DNA of 64,000 nucleotides from positions 10,731,660 to 10,795,659 of the forward strand of contig OZ316893.1 in the NCBI GenBank assembly GCA_973895155.1, in the 5' to 3' direction. The DNA is from Marsupella aquatica (taxonomy: Eukaryota; Plantae; Marchantiophyta). The notes below the pieces were generated by a model. It was not told where the DNA came from and did not search any database. It saw only the letters and a program-made list of their open reading frames with translations. The translations under genes and the position numbers were made by a program. Below are positions 1-14,694 of the stretch, piece after piece. How positions within the stretch are numbered: the first letter of the stretch is position 1; the number at the start of each line of letters is the position of its first letter.

Positions 1-161
1 AGTAGTACAGCTTCCTCCACTGCACGCCGCACCAGTGATCGTATCGGTGTTACAAGTTCCTCCTCAAACGGTAGCAGCTCCTCCTCAGACTCTCCGTCTG
101 ATTGTCGCAATCCTGAAGCTCCACCGACGCCAATTCTTCCAGTATCCTCCGAGTCACTCAT
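1..161 (-). CDS. Putative retrotransposon gag N-terminus (partial, continues beyond window)
   Basis: Open frame MSDSEDTGRIGVGGASGLRQSDGESEEELLPFEEELVTPIRSLVRRAVEEAVL, downstream of the PBS in the same orientation. No diagnostic domain is visible within the window. Confidence 0.4.
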   Translation of the reverse strand, partial: MSDSEDTGRIGVGGASGLRQSDGESEEELLPFEEELVTPIRSLVRRAVEEAVL

Positions 162-1790
162 ATGAAACAATCACGAAAAAATGTCTTTTTTCAAAACTTC
201 TCATAAAACTCAAAACTCAACACCACCGCGTAGCCCACGAAGCTAGGAGTCCAATACTGAAAGCCAAAATCAAAATCAAAATTCGACACAAAAGTTATTC
301 AAATTTCGGTCGGGGTGGGTAAAACCTTGGGAAACTCCCCTGTTTTGACCACCTCGGAGAATAACCAAAATACCCAGTACAACCCGTCGTTGAAATTGCG
401 ATGTGTTTGGTGCACCGCATTGCTAACTCCAATGGCAACGTCCTCGCCAAAAAAGAACCAAAAAAGTTACCATTCGGCGGACAGAATCTTTGTCGGACGG
501 CCAAAAAACAGCTCTCTGTTTTTTTGGAAATATTCCCGCACAATCCGACAGGTCTCACAGGGGGCTGTTCCCCCTGTTGGAGTGGTTAAAACAGAGGGTG
601 GCAGGTCCCGCTACAAGGAGAACAAAGCGGGAGGAAAAAAATGGCTATAAATGGGCACTAAAGGGGGTGCCAAAGCCCCTTAGCAAAAATACGCTCCAAA
701 ACGCGCATCCGCGTATGCGCGACGTGAGGCGGGCCAGGCAGGGTATAAGGAGGGCGTATGGCCGGGGTGAGTATTTCCGTGTACGCGACTGGTAGTATAA
801 GGGGCACGTTTAGGCGCAGGGCGCGGGGTCGCAGGTGAACACAGCCGCGGCAACTTGGGGTCGCGGTTGCAGGGCTGGCTGGATGTAAAGGGTGGGGCAC
901 GGGCCGGCAGGCACGGGTGCGCATAAAGCGCCGGCCGGCGCTGCGTGATAGGGTCGGCCGAGGTCAAAAAAGCAATATACGGGGAGGGGGTATGTGGGGG
1001 TATGCGGGGCCGACCGGGCGTAAACGTGTGTGTACACACGTTTTTGTGTGTATACACACACCAAAAGTGCCCTAAACCCCCTCCTTTAAACCAAAAAAGA
1101 CCCTTAAAAGAAAAAATTGAATTTCTCACCTTGAGAGCCGCTGTTTAAAACGAGAAAAGCAAACGCCACCGACGGGAAAAGTTGTCGAATTGTACCGACA
1201 CAGTCTGTAGCTCCAGCAGAGTAAAAAAAATTCCGATGCGTCGCCTTCACTCCGCGTCAAGTGCCAATCCCGGGCTCAAAACAACCGCCTTGCCGCGATC
1301 AAACCGTTGAGCCGCAGCACTTTGCATTTCTTCCACTGAGTCGGACGTCACAAAGAGAAACCCAGTTCAGATGTAAACAAGCTCCATAGCTTGTGAAAAA
1401 ACCTGAACGCCTCTTTCACTCGTCACGACGCACTCGGTAACAACTCGGCAGCAATCCAGCTATCGAAATGACCAGCTCGCTTCAACCTTCAACTTGAGCG
1501 ATCCCCCGAACACCGCACAGCTCACTCCGTTGAAAAAACAATCTCTGGTCTCTCCCCCGAAAAGCGTCAAACACGAATAAAACCTGAATGACGCAAACTT
1601 CAATTCCTCCGCACCACAGATACCGATCAGCGAGTTCTAACCACCGTTAGAACGCCCTCTCACTAACCTATCTGCTCAACCACATACATTCGAGTTTCAT
1701 GCGATGAAACTCTGAATGTACCATCGACAATGAATGCTGGAAAACTGTCACGAAAAAACCTCATCACCTCCCAGGCATGCTCTGATACCA
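1..1790 (-). mobile_element. 5' internal region of an LTR retrotransposon (PBS, long leader, start of putative gag)
   Basis: GCTCTGATACCA at 1779-1790 is the reverse complement of the canonical initiator-tRNA-Met PBS TGGTATCAGAGC. A minus-strand ORF starts at ATG 161 and runs off the window. Confidence 0.65.
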
Positions 1791-1849
1791 CTTATTGAGC
1801 ATAGACGACATTCGCAACAACAAGCCCATGAACCATCCAATGCACAATT

Positions 1850-4800
1850 GGTCATTGCAGAATTGCTCTGAAGTCCAGTGTATATTTGGCAGCAAAATTT
1901 GTGCTTCATACTTACCTAATGGATCCCGTAAATGTGCAGGGACTCCAGGGAGGTTTGGACAATGCAATCCAAGCCGTTGGGGGAGATTAGGCCGTGGAGG
2001 GACCCCAGGCCGTGGGGGGACACCAGGCCGTGGAGGGACACCTAGTAGCGCTTCAGGGAGTACCAAGGCAGGAGACAATAACAAATTTGGTAAAGTAGAA
2101 TTGAATTCCGATTGTTGGATAGCTCCCACATGTGATGGTAAGGACCGTTGGCATTCTGACCTAAGAGGAGAAGTATTGCGTTGGTTAGATTTGAGCATTA
2201 CAGAGTTTAGGAGTCAAAACAAAGCTAATTGGGCTGCTATCTGCAAGGACATTCTTGAATGGTGGGACTATGTTGGTAATGATGGTAAGGTCCCAGTTGA
2301 AGATTGCATATCAGATTATGCAATGAGGATTTTGAAACAAGAAAGGCATAGGTTGAAAAGGATGTGGATAGACAATGGTTCTAACAGGATAATGAAACCC
2401 CCATCATTGGAACTGGATCAATGGACACGGTTAATCAAAGGGTTCATGTCGGAGGCTGGACAGAGCAAGAGTGAACTGATGTCAAATGCTCGAGGCAAAG
2501 TGAAACACCTTTCACAGGCTGGGAGAGGAAGTTATGCTCCAGTGAAAGAACAATTGGTTTACAAGGCAGTGACATGCCTGATAGTAAGCCTAAAACTTAT
2601 TATCTTGCTACCATTATTACATTTTCATTGGCAATCAACACTTGGTTTCATTCATATGTATGTTGATGTGGACTGCAGAAGAAATTGATAGGTGAAGAAC
2701 CATCACCACAAGAAGTGAGAGAGGAGTTCATGAAACAAAGGAGTGAGGTGACAAGTGTGACTTCCAAACAGGTGATTATGTTGTAATTCTGTATGTTCTG
2801 TGACTATTTGGCCTTGAGCATCAAAAAGAAATGTAGTAGGAAGTAAGCAACCAGTTCTTGGGGACAGTTATCTGAGATATGTAAGCTGTGTTATGACAGG
2901 GAACTGTTACAACTCTCACAGAGATGTGTGAACGGTTGAAGTCATTAGAGTGTGGACTCCCTCGAGTGGAAACAAAATTGGTTGATCGTTTGGATATTGT
3001 GGAGGCATCTGTAGCAAACCTTCTTGCATCAGTGGAATCTAATTTCAAGCTTGTGATTGAAAAATTGGGTGGTTCCCAACCAAACAATGAGGGCAACATT
3101 GTACAAAGTGTGCCCTTGTTAACAAAAAAGGGAATTGGCAAATCTGACACAGGTATGGAAATGACACCGGCCCATTGTTCATTGTGTCCTATGTTCAAAT
3201 GTTAGAAGTAAGTTTTCATGAATTGAGTGAATGGTTTGAATGCAGGAAGAGTGGAGGCAGAGAAGGACCCTGTAATCAGTAAGCAGAAGGGCAAGAAGGT
3301 TGATGAGACAGGTAACCTGCTATAATCCAGTATGAATCATTTGAAAAGTGCATGGAGTTTGTGAAGCTTAAGCAAGTTGGAGGTAATCTTTTATGTAAGA
3401 ACTGGTCTCGGAACTGGTTGGATCAACGGGGATCTGAAGTGACATCATGATTGATGTATCAGGTGATTCAAAGAGCAATAATGAAAAAGATGTGCCCAGT
3501 GCCTCAGTGACCATAGCCAAGGAGGTATCAGGTAAGCTGATGCTTTAAATTCCTCTATATGAATGTTGAGAAACAATTCAGTGGTTAATAGATTGAACCT
3601 GAATATTGTGGTGTGTAAATTGATTAGCAGAAGTAGACATGGAGGATATGGCAATGGCAAAGAAGGGGAAGAAGGCTGTTCATAATGGTAAGGAGATAGT
3701 GACAACTTTGTGGTTGGTGACATGTACATTTAGCACATGTGATGAGTGATTGACTTATGTTGGACATGACATTGAATTGTAGTTGATGCAGAGTTGATAA
3801 ACTCTCAACCAAGTGGGAGCAGGGTGAAGCAACGTCAAAACTTGGGAGCAACATTGGATGCAAGTAAGATTGTAGATGCTTCAATTGAAGCAAGTACAAT
3901 GTTGGCAGATACTGAGATGATGTCGCAGGGAAATCCTGCTACACAATCGGAAGTGTCAAATATGGATGCAGATTCTTTGAAGAAGAGTGTAGCCAATTCT
4001 CGATCACCAACACAAAACACTCGTGCCAAAGTCATGACTCGCAACCAAGGTATGAATAATGTCATGTGTAAGCCACCCAGGAAAGCCAAGAAAAACAGCC
4101 AGAGTAAGGTGGAGGTGATAGTCACAGCAGAGCCAGTCCATAATCTTCTATCATGGGAGGATGACTCGCAGGTATGTGTGGGTATAGGCATTTTGCAACC
4201 GGATCATGCTAAATTCCATGGCAAAGTGGTCCCGGATGACCATGTAGTAGTGTTGTTGAATACAGTGATTGTATCTGATTGTAATTTGCCATTTCCGAAT
4301 AGAGACGATGATCCACCTCAGGAAATAATTACAGATGCAGTAGGATCTCTTGTGCTCTGGCCATCAGAGTGTGTTAGTCTGCAATGATTGAATGCAAGTG
4401 TAGATAGAATCATATGAATTGTGTCACATTTTGACATTGCCTTGGAAAGATCCAAGAAATATCTGTACCAATTTTTCCATTTGGTAAAGAGGATGAAGGA
4501 GCCGTTGTGTGTGACATTGATATTTCTGAATTCTGTATGTATGAAACAAGTGATTGATGTCAAACTATGGCTCTATGGTGATTGTCTATGATACTTGAAT
4601 CTGTTTTGTATTATTTCAGTATTAGTGTGTATGGTATAGAGGAATACTTTGTGACCTTCTTTGTAGTCTATGATGTTTGAATCTGTGAATTCATATTAGT
4701 GTACATGGTGTTCTATGTGTTCTAATGTTAACATGATGAATGGTGAGCTTATAGAGTGAGTTCATTCCAAGTACACAATAAAACATGAATGGAATGTGTT

Positions 4801-5248
4801 ATTTGTGCACAAGAGTGAGTTGATTCCAAGTAATATAGTGGGGTCTTCATCACTCATATCCAGTTGACATGAAAGACTTATACATACCCCACAAAGTGTT
4901 TACTTTAGTCGTTTTATAAACCCACAAAGTATATTTAAAGACTACCCTCCATAACCTTTTTAGTCGATCCGAACGACTCACCATCGCAGCCTATAAAAGA
5001 CTGAAAACAACTCACCAAAGCTACCCACACAAAGACTACAATAGATTGAAAATCCAGTCTATTAAACGACTTACAAACCAATTCTATAAAGGACTCAGTT
5101 GATTATAGTAACAAAACATACGACTCGCAGTCCTATAAAGGATTGGAGTCCTATAAAGGACTGGAGTCCTTCCCAGTCGTTTCCAAGTCCTATACGACTC
5201 TGAATAGTCGTTTAATGGGGTCTAAATACCCTCCGGTTTCTACTAGTG
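1850..5248 (+). mobile_element. 3' part of a CACTA (En/Spm) DNA transposon; left boundary uncertain
   Basis: Ends in TTTCTACTAGTG (5237-5248), the reverse complement of CACTAGTAGAAA. Clustered subterminal repeats (CCTATAAAGGA, ACGACTC/AGTCGT) lie at about 4890-5220. Carries a TnpA-like spliced gene. Confidence 0.8.
1940..4387 (+). CDS. CACTA ORF2/TnpA-like protein, multi-exon, 5' end missing
   Basis: ORFs 1795-2688, 2924-3205 and 3794-4387 are separated by GT-AG introns. The segment 'SELMSNARGKVKHLSQAGRGSY' and the C-terminal 'FHGKVVPDDHVVV...LPFP...DAVGSLVLWP' resemble Ptta/En/Spm and Tnp1-associated domains. (GRGGTP)x3 repeat at 1990-2043. Confidence 0.65.
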
Positions 5249-5550
5249 AATAGTCAACACAGAGAGATACGTGGTTCACCTCCACATGAGGTTACGTCCA
5301 CGGGAACACACAAGAGCTTTACTGTACTCTAGGCCGACCGGCCATACCAAACATCCACAACACAAGCTCTCCCTATCTCTCAACTAGCTCCGTAATAATG
5401 AGCCTAAGTTCCACCAGGGTCTGGCATCAGCCCTGGCTATATGCACACCAGTACCGCTAACATTAGCTAAGTCCTAACCTGAGTTAGACTAACTGTGGTT
5501 AGCTCATGAGTCACAAGACTAGAGCAATATCTAACAACCTCCTCTTCTGG
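5249..5550 (-). mobile_element. Ty1/copia-type 3' LTR fragment with polypurine tract, interrupted by the CACTA end
   Basis: Minus strand reads purine tract AGAAGAGGAGG, then TGTTAG (LTR start at 5536). It contains the CCCGTGGACGTA...GAACCACGTA motif typical of plant copia LTRs and is cut at 5249. Confidence 0.6.
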
Positions 5551-6501
5551 GCTAATTCCCTGCCAACTGACAAGCCCGGTTGCTTCTACTTGCTGCTCTT
5601 CACTCGATCGCAGTTGTGGATTGAGGCACGCTATTTTGCTTATATTAGTGGCCTTGATGGAGTATGGAGTCATATCTCCAGCCAAAGTTTATTTCTTTTT
5701 GTCTCGAAGAACACTTAGGAGTCTCTCGCCACCCCAATAATGGCATACATTTATTGTGGGGAATTCAGTTCAGGGTGAGCCCCACTGATGTTGCCACAGG
5801 GAGTCAGGGACTGCACACGAGGGAGAGAGAATTAAATAGGGAGAGAGAATTAACTTCTCAATAACACTTTGAAAACTCAAGAACTCCAAATCCAAAGCAA
5901 CTGTTTTCATTGCAGTAACTCTGGTAATTAAGGTTACTGGTCTCTGATGTGAATTGAGGGAGGGAGAATTAAATCATGGCTGCAAAGTGGACAACCAAGG
6001 ACTAGCCTGGAAGTGCAAGGTCCCAGGTTAAATTCCCCTCCACACACAAGGGGGGCTTTGGAGGAGGGTAGGAGGGTTTTGTGGGCATTGGATGGGAGTT
6101 GTGATTATCTCCAGCAGCATAAGTTGGTGGAGGTAAAGACAGGAGAAGACAGGGCGACAATTGTCGTCTGATTCATCGATATAGGAAGTTTCCTGTTTTT
6201 GATAAGATCAGTCTCGTGCCGGAGCTTACTTGTGCACTTCCGAAGCTTCTGTCAGCTTGTGACCCGCATCTAAAGTGACCCTTGCGCAGATTCGGGGGAA
6301 GATTGTGGGTCGGCGTTTGGAATTGGATCGCCTGAGACTCGGAGAGGCGTTGCTTCGCATGTTTGCCCGTGGCATGAAGGCTTTGGAAGGAAGTGGAAGT
6401 TCACGAGGATGCGGGAACCGGAACGCTAACGCTCACCTCACTTTGGATAAGGCCCCCGTTGAGTTCACGTCGAGCTGATTGCTTAAGTTCTGTGAGACAA
6501 A

Positions 6502-9124
<2,623 letters not shown>

Positions 9125-12100
9125 TGAATTCTGACGTGGGTGCCGTGATTGGTAAAACTGATCGCCAATTGCTCAGCTCTCAATACAGAGCAGCAGAAGA
9201 GGACATTTTAGCTTGAGGCCGTTTATCTTCTAATGTTAAGACCATAAACCTTATGTGAATCATCAGATCAGGGCGTGATTATGTACCCCACGAAGTTATG
9301 GGGGGATAGTTGTAATAGGGCCGTCGTTTGTTGGAAGCGATGATTTTGGGCACTTGAGAATATCAGTTAAAGAGATGGTTGTCAAACCCTCGTTAAGAGT
9401 TCAGAAAATTGGTGCTAGAGAGTAAAATTTTGATACCTAGGATTGTATTTCATGCCACAAAGGTGGCGTGTAGAGATAGCCGTCATCTGTTGATGGGGAT
9501 GATTTTGAGTAATTGAGAATACTCAGTTAAATTGACGGTTTTTAAAGGCTCGTGAAGAGGTCAGAAAATTGATATTCGAGAGTAATTTTTGATACCCAGG
9601 ATCATATGTGCCACCAAGATGGCGTGTACATACAGCCCGCTCATGTTCCCCCTTTGTCACACCCTCTTTCAGTCGCATGCAGTGGTTTCCTTCAAATTTT
9701 CCCGACTTTCTTAGCTTGCTGCTGTTCAAAGTCGTATATTATCTGGTGTGTGCAAGTTATGCATGTTTGAAACTTGGGTGGAAGAACATTAAAAAAAGAA
9801 TATAACAAAACGAATAAACGCTTCTCTTTGCAACGTGGAAGAAAGGTTAATTAGTCTTAACGTTTGCTGTGCGGTGCCCCAGTGGACCAAAGGTGAACCT
9901 TTGTTGAACGAGAATGTCGTGCATTCGACGTCTGGACGAACACAACGTTGGTGTGTGTTGCCGAGGGCAGTGACCTTTGCGCAGATTCGGGGAAGATTGT
10001 GGTAGGTGTTTGGATTTGGAAAGTTGCCGGAGAGGCGTTGCTCTCACGTGATTTCGAGAAATTAGGCTCGTATTTATCCGGTGGATGTAACCTTTTTTTA
10101 TCATCAATGCAAGATCAGGCACGCTCTAGGCTTTCCGGACTTCATAGTACAGTTTATACCCCAGGCAGTTCAGTTCGCTAGCAAATCTTAGATCCAACAT
10201 GAGAGGAAGCGCTGCGAGTTCAGGTATCTGAAACGCCAAATGCAGTTTGGTTCGGTGCAGTTTGGTTTGAAAGAGCCGGATGTTTGACGAACTGAACATC
10301 ATCCTCGTCGTCGCTCCGTGTCCTGGACTTTCTTCGCTTGACAATAATCACTAGATTGAAGAAGACTAATGTATATAGAGCCGAAAACTAAGCTGGGATG
10401 GACGTCACCTTGTCTCTGGCAACTCCTACTGGGACAGTCAGATCCACAGTTTACAGCTTCTGGAGCCCTCATGCGAACCTGCTAATTGTAACGAAAGCTT
10501 CAGCGGACCACAATCATTCAACCGAATTATAAGTTTTATTATAAAACAACTCGATCTGAGTGCACGCGACAAACGAGCTCCTCAAAACGCAATTTTATTC
10601 AACGAGCAAATTTGAGAAGCTTGCACGTCTCGATGGGTAACAAAAATAATTTGACGTCGTTCCGTTTATTCGTGCCATTACAAAATATTCCGGAGTCCAA
10701 ATCAATCTCTTTCAAGTACTCAGATAGTAGACCCAGCGACCTCACTATATATGACTGATCGATTGATCGCTTCTCGCCGAAATGTGAAAAAATTGTTCTA
10801 CTTTCACGTGATACTTGAGTGGATGACGTGTATTTAATTAGTTCTTCGGACATACTTCAATTATAATTTATTCTTTTCAGTGATTGTAATAGCATAACAA
10901 CCACCTGGGGACTTAAGAACTTATTGGGTACATGATCATCGTCGGTCTGATATCATGCATTCGTTTGTTTTCTTTCGATTGTCCTTGGATGTGGCCATTT
11001 TTGAAATGCGCCAGTGACGGCCTTGCAGCGGAGGGCCTTTGTCATGTACAGGATATCCGTTCTAATGCCTAGGTGGTCTCCATAGCTCCAGTTGGACTAG
11101 GGAAGAAGTTTCTATTTACACTCGAGCTCGGAAGCTAGAGTCATCAGAAGCTTGGAACAGTAAAGTACCATCAAAATTGATACTCCAAAAATTTCATGCG
11201 AATAACGTGCTTTGAACAAGTTGGCCATAACAAAATCGACTATTCCAAGTTCTTGTGCTTATTGGCGTTATTCAATGAGGTCATATAAGTTAGCTCTCGT
11301 CTTCGAAATAAAGCTCTCTTGTTCAAAATAGATTTTCAATATTGCTCTGAAGTCTAGCTAGGCTAACAAATTGGAAAAGAAAAGAACGAAGCTACAGTGA
11401 ACAAACGGTGCTGCAACGGGACGCTCAACCGACTCTGAATCGAGCCGACGCTTAAAGTGCGTTCGATTAACCGTTTCAAAGCATTGCTCACCAGTTGGAC
11501 AATTTTGAACTTGACGCGAGGATTGGCGACCACGTATCGGTCCTCTTTCAATTTCCCGAAAACTTTTGAAAGGAGAACGGCAGCCATTGAACGAACAAAC
11601 TACAGAATTTCACACCTGCAAGCCAGGCGAGGCCTTCGAAGACTTACCCGTTCTGACTATTTATCAATGTCGAGTGAACCGAATGCTCCCACACCCCGCA
11701 CACAAGCCACACAACTAGTGTTGCAGCGAGATCGACGTGGCCCGCGACTTGGTTGGTAAAACTGAATTGAACACGCGCGCTTGCCATTGCCGAAGTTGAC
11801 GCACTCTGGATTGCTCATCTGGTGATATCAGCAGCTCTATCGAGCTTCATCGATCGGTACCATCTTACCTTTTCATTAATTGCTGTTCTTCGTTCTCACT
11901 GTAAATCACGCATGCATGTACACAATCAGTTTCCGCGAATGCAATGGCTCTCTCGTGTTTGGTTCCATCTATCTCAGTCTGGCGTTGATGACTTAGTAAT
12001 TATGGTGGTAGTGACATAATGTTCAGCAACTCCTTTAGCTCAGGTTCAGATTCGTGAAACTTTTCTATTATGTCAATTTAATTGTTAATTAAAACAGCGA

Positions 12101-12187
12101 GACTAGCATCATTCGCTGCTCTAAGATCGCTCGTTACTGTCAATCCCTTACAGCAAATTGCAATCTGGAACCTGCGATACCTTTCCA

Positions 12188-14694
12188 ATGACGAAGCACG
12201 ACATGTTTGGGTTACGGGGAGCGTCGAGCTTGCTGCTCGTGGGACTCTTAGTGACAGTCCTCCACTTTGCTGGCAGTAAACTGAACCGATCGAGGGACTT
12301 AGCACTAGAGGCAGAAAGAACATCAGTGGCAGTGTCAGCAGTTTCCAATGCCACGAACACATCAGAGCCGGTATTAGTAAGAGGATCGGTGTGCTTTCGT
12401 GACATCCCGTCTCCAGTCTTGGAGAAGTTCGTGGATCCTCTCCCAACTCTTCCGTATGTGAACGTCTCAGATGGCCAACTGCACACAATGAAAGCATACA
12501 AAACCACGCAGGTCAGCCGAATATTCCGCCGTGACCTCGACATTTGTCCTTGCAATTCCGTTCCGCTGTATTGAATACTCTCGCATCGATTAGTTCTCCG
12601 CGCCTGCATCTTGCATTTCGATTGGATATGTCCGTCTGATGTACGTGGGTACGATCGGCTCTGATCGATCAGATAGATAACACTACCAATAGCTAGGGCT
12701 GATAGAGTTTGGGAGACACATAACTGGTTAATTATATCTAGTAACGAGTTCATAGTCAATTTGTACCGAAAGAATTTCAGTTCTCTATTCCGAATATCCC
12801 CCTAAACTATGTAGGTATAGTAGCCGGATTCAACAACCGGCCGGATCCCCAGACTCTCTTACGAGTGATATGCTTCTTCGATATGTCTATAGTTCAAGCT
12901 TCGAGCTGATCAATACAGCTCGAACCGTCTGACTTTCCTTACGATGGATTAGTCATAGGCTCATCGGGTACCATTTCCACCTATCTATACTTGGTCACCG
13001 TACCTCGATCATGCTGTACCTCAAGCTTAGCTTGTCAGATGCTTTTATGCTAACATCTAATGTCCTAATCATGCTGTTTCATCATGTTTGCGGAGCAGAC
13101 TTTCCATCGAGATCTTCCACCGACAACCGTGTATGCTTTTGGAACCACAAGGAGCACGGCACGAGTACCAGGACCAGCGTTGATAGCACAACGAAACGTA
13201 CCAACGTACATCAGGTGGACAAATCTAATCGAAGATGATGACCACATTCTTCCTGTAGACAGTTCTCTGAGAAAAGCCAATCCAGCAAGCGGAGGAGTTC
13301 CGATCGTGCCGCACCTTCATGGAATGGAGACGGAAAGCCAATACGATGGCCATCCCGAGGCATGGTTTACCAGCCAAGGAGACAAAGGGCCAACATACGT
13401 CACACAGGATTACATCTATCCCAATACTGTGCTGCCGGCTTTGATGTGGTACCATGATCACACAATTGGAGTCACCCGGGTGAATAATGCTGCTGGACTT
13501 GCGGGACCTTACATCGTCCGTGGAAGTGCCGGAGATGAGCCCGTGGGGTTGCCAAACGGGGAACGAGAAATCATACTGTTCCTTCAGGATAAGGCGTTTT
13601 TTGAGGATGGATCGATCAATTACCCGGCCGTAGGCGACGAGGTCAACTCTCATCCCCGTTGGTGCCCCGGATACTTTGGTGACACCATTGTGGTGAACGG
13701 GAAGATTTGGCCATTTCTCGACGTTCTTCCGTGCAGGTATCGGCTGAGAATCCTAAATGCGGCCAGCGACCGCTACTTCCATCTCTCGCTGGACAAAGAG
13801 AACATGACATTCGTCAAGATCGGGACGGATGGAGGATATCTCGCAGCTCCAGTGATTCTCGATGTGATCCTTCTGGCTCCCGCTGAAAGGGTAGATTGCA
13901 TTGTGGACTTCGGAGGGCTGCAGAACGGCACCACAATTGTTCTCAAGAACTCTGCACGAACCCCTTACCCAGGTGGACCAGGACTTCCTCCATTCGACCC
14001 TGCGTCAGGTGCGGCTTCGGTGATGCAATTCCGGGTGGGGACAACTTGGCCTGCTGATTGGAGCACGGTACCGACCTCGTTGCGGAACGATGTGGGGGGA
14101 AACAGCACATTGTTTTCACCTCCGGTTGGCAATGACGTACGTATTCGGCGATTTGCGCTCTCTGAAAAGATTAGCAGCACTGGGAAAACTACGGAACTGT
14201 TGCTTGCAAATCGAACATGGGACGATCCTGCCACAGAGCTTGTACCGTTGACGAGCACTGAGATGTGGGAGTTCCTCGGCCTAACTCCGCATATCGATCA
14301 TCCGATTCATATACACCTTGTCAAGTTCCGACTGGTGTCCGTTCAGCCACTGAACGTGACCAGGTACAATGATGAGAGTTGCGATATTCAGAAGAGTTAT
14401 GGTCATCCCGACAGTTGCTTTCTGAACATTTCGAGAGGGCCCAATCCTCAGGAGATGGGCAGCAAAGACACAATTTCGGTAGGTACAGGCTCGGTTACTC
14501 GAATACTGATTAAGTTCACCTCCCAGAATGGAGACTCTTTTCCATTCGATCCGACAACCGAGCCCGGCTACCTCTGGCATTGTCATCTTCTGAGTCACGA
14601 GGACAATTCCATGATGAGGCCACTGCTGGTTAAAAGCTACGATTACTTACCAGATACTAATGCTAACAGCGATACAACGGGCTTTCGTAGGTAG
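12188..14694 (+). CDS. Multicopper oxidase, LPR1/CotA/bilirubin-oxidase-like (exons 12188-12511, 13099-14694; about 639 aa)
   Basis: Hydrophobic N-terminal signal, LEKFVDPLP, and copper motifs HLHG, WYHDH, HPIHIH and WHCHLLSHEDNSM. One phase-0 GT-AG intron. Confidence 0.93.

Noticed and set aside
35-1148. Many overlapping 60-150 aa ORFs
   Set aside because: Expected by chance in GC-rich leader sequence; no recognisable domains.
1838-1848. AATGCACAATT as the CACTA left terminus with AAT TSD
   Set aside because: It does not match CACTAGTAGAAA and has no subterminal repeats.
1795-1939. N-terminal part of the 297-aa ORF as real coding sequence
   Set aside because: Non-ATG start next to the PBS, and the stretch ends in a branch-point/TGCAG acceptor, so it is probably intron or LTR remnant.
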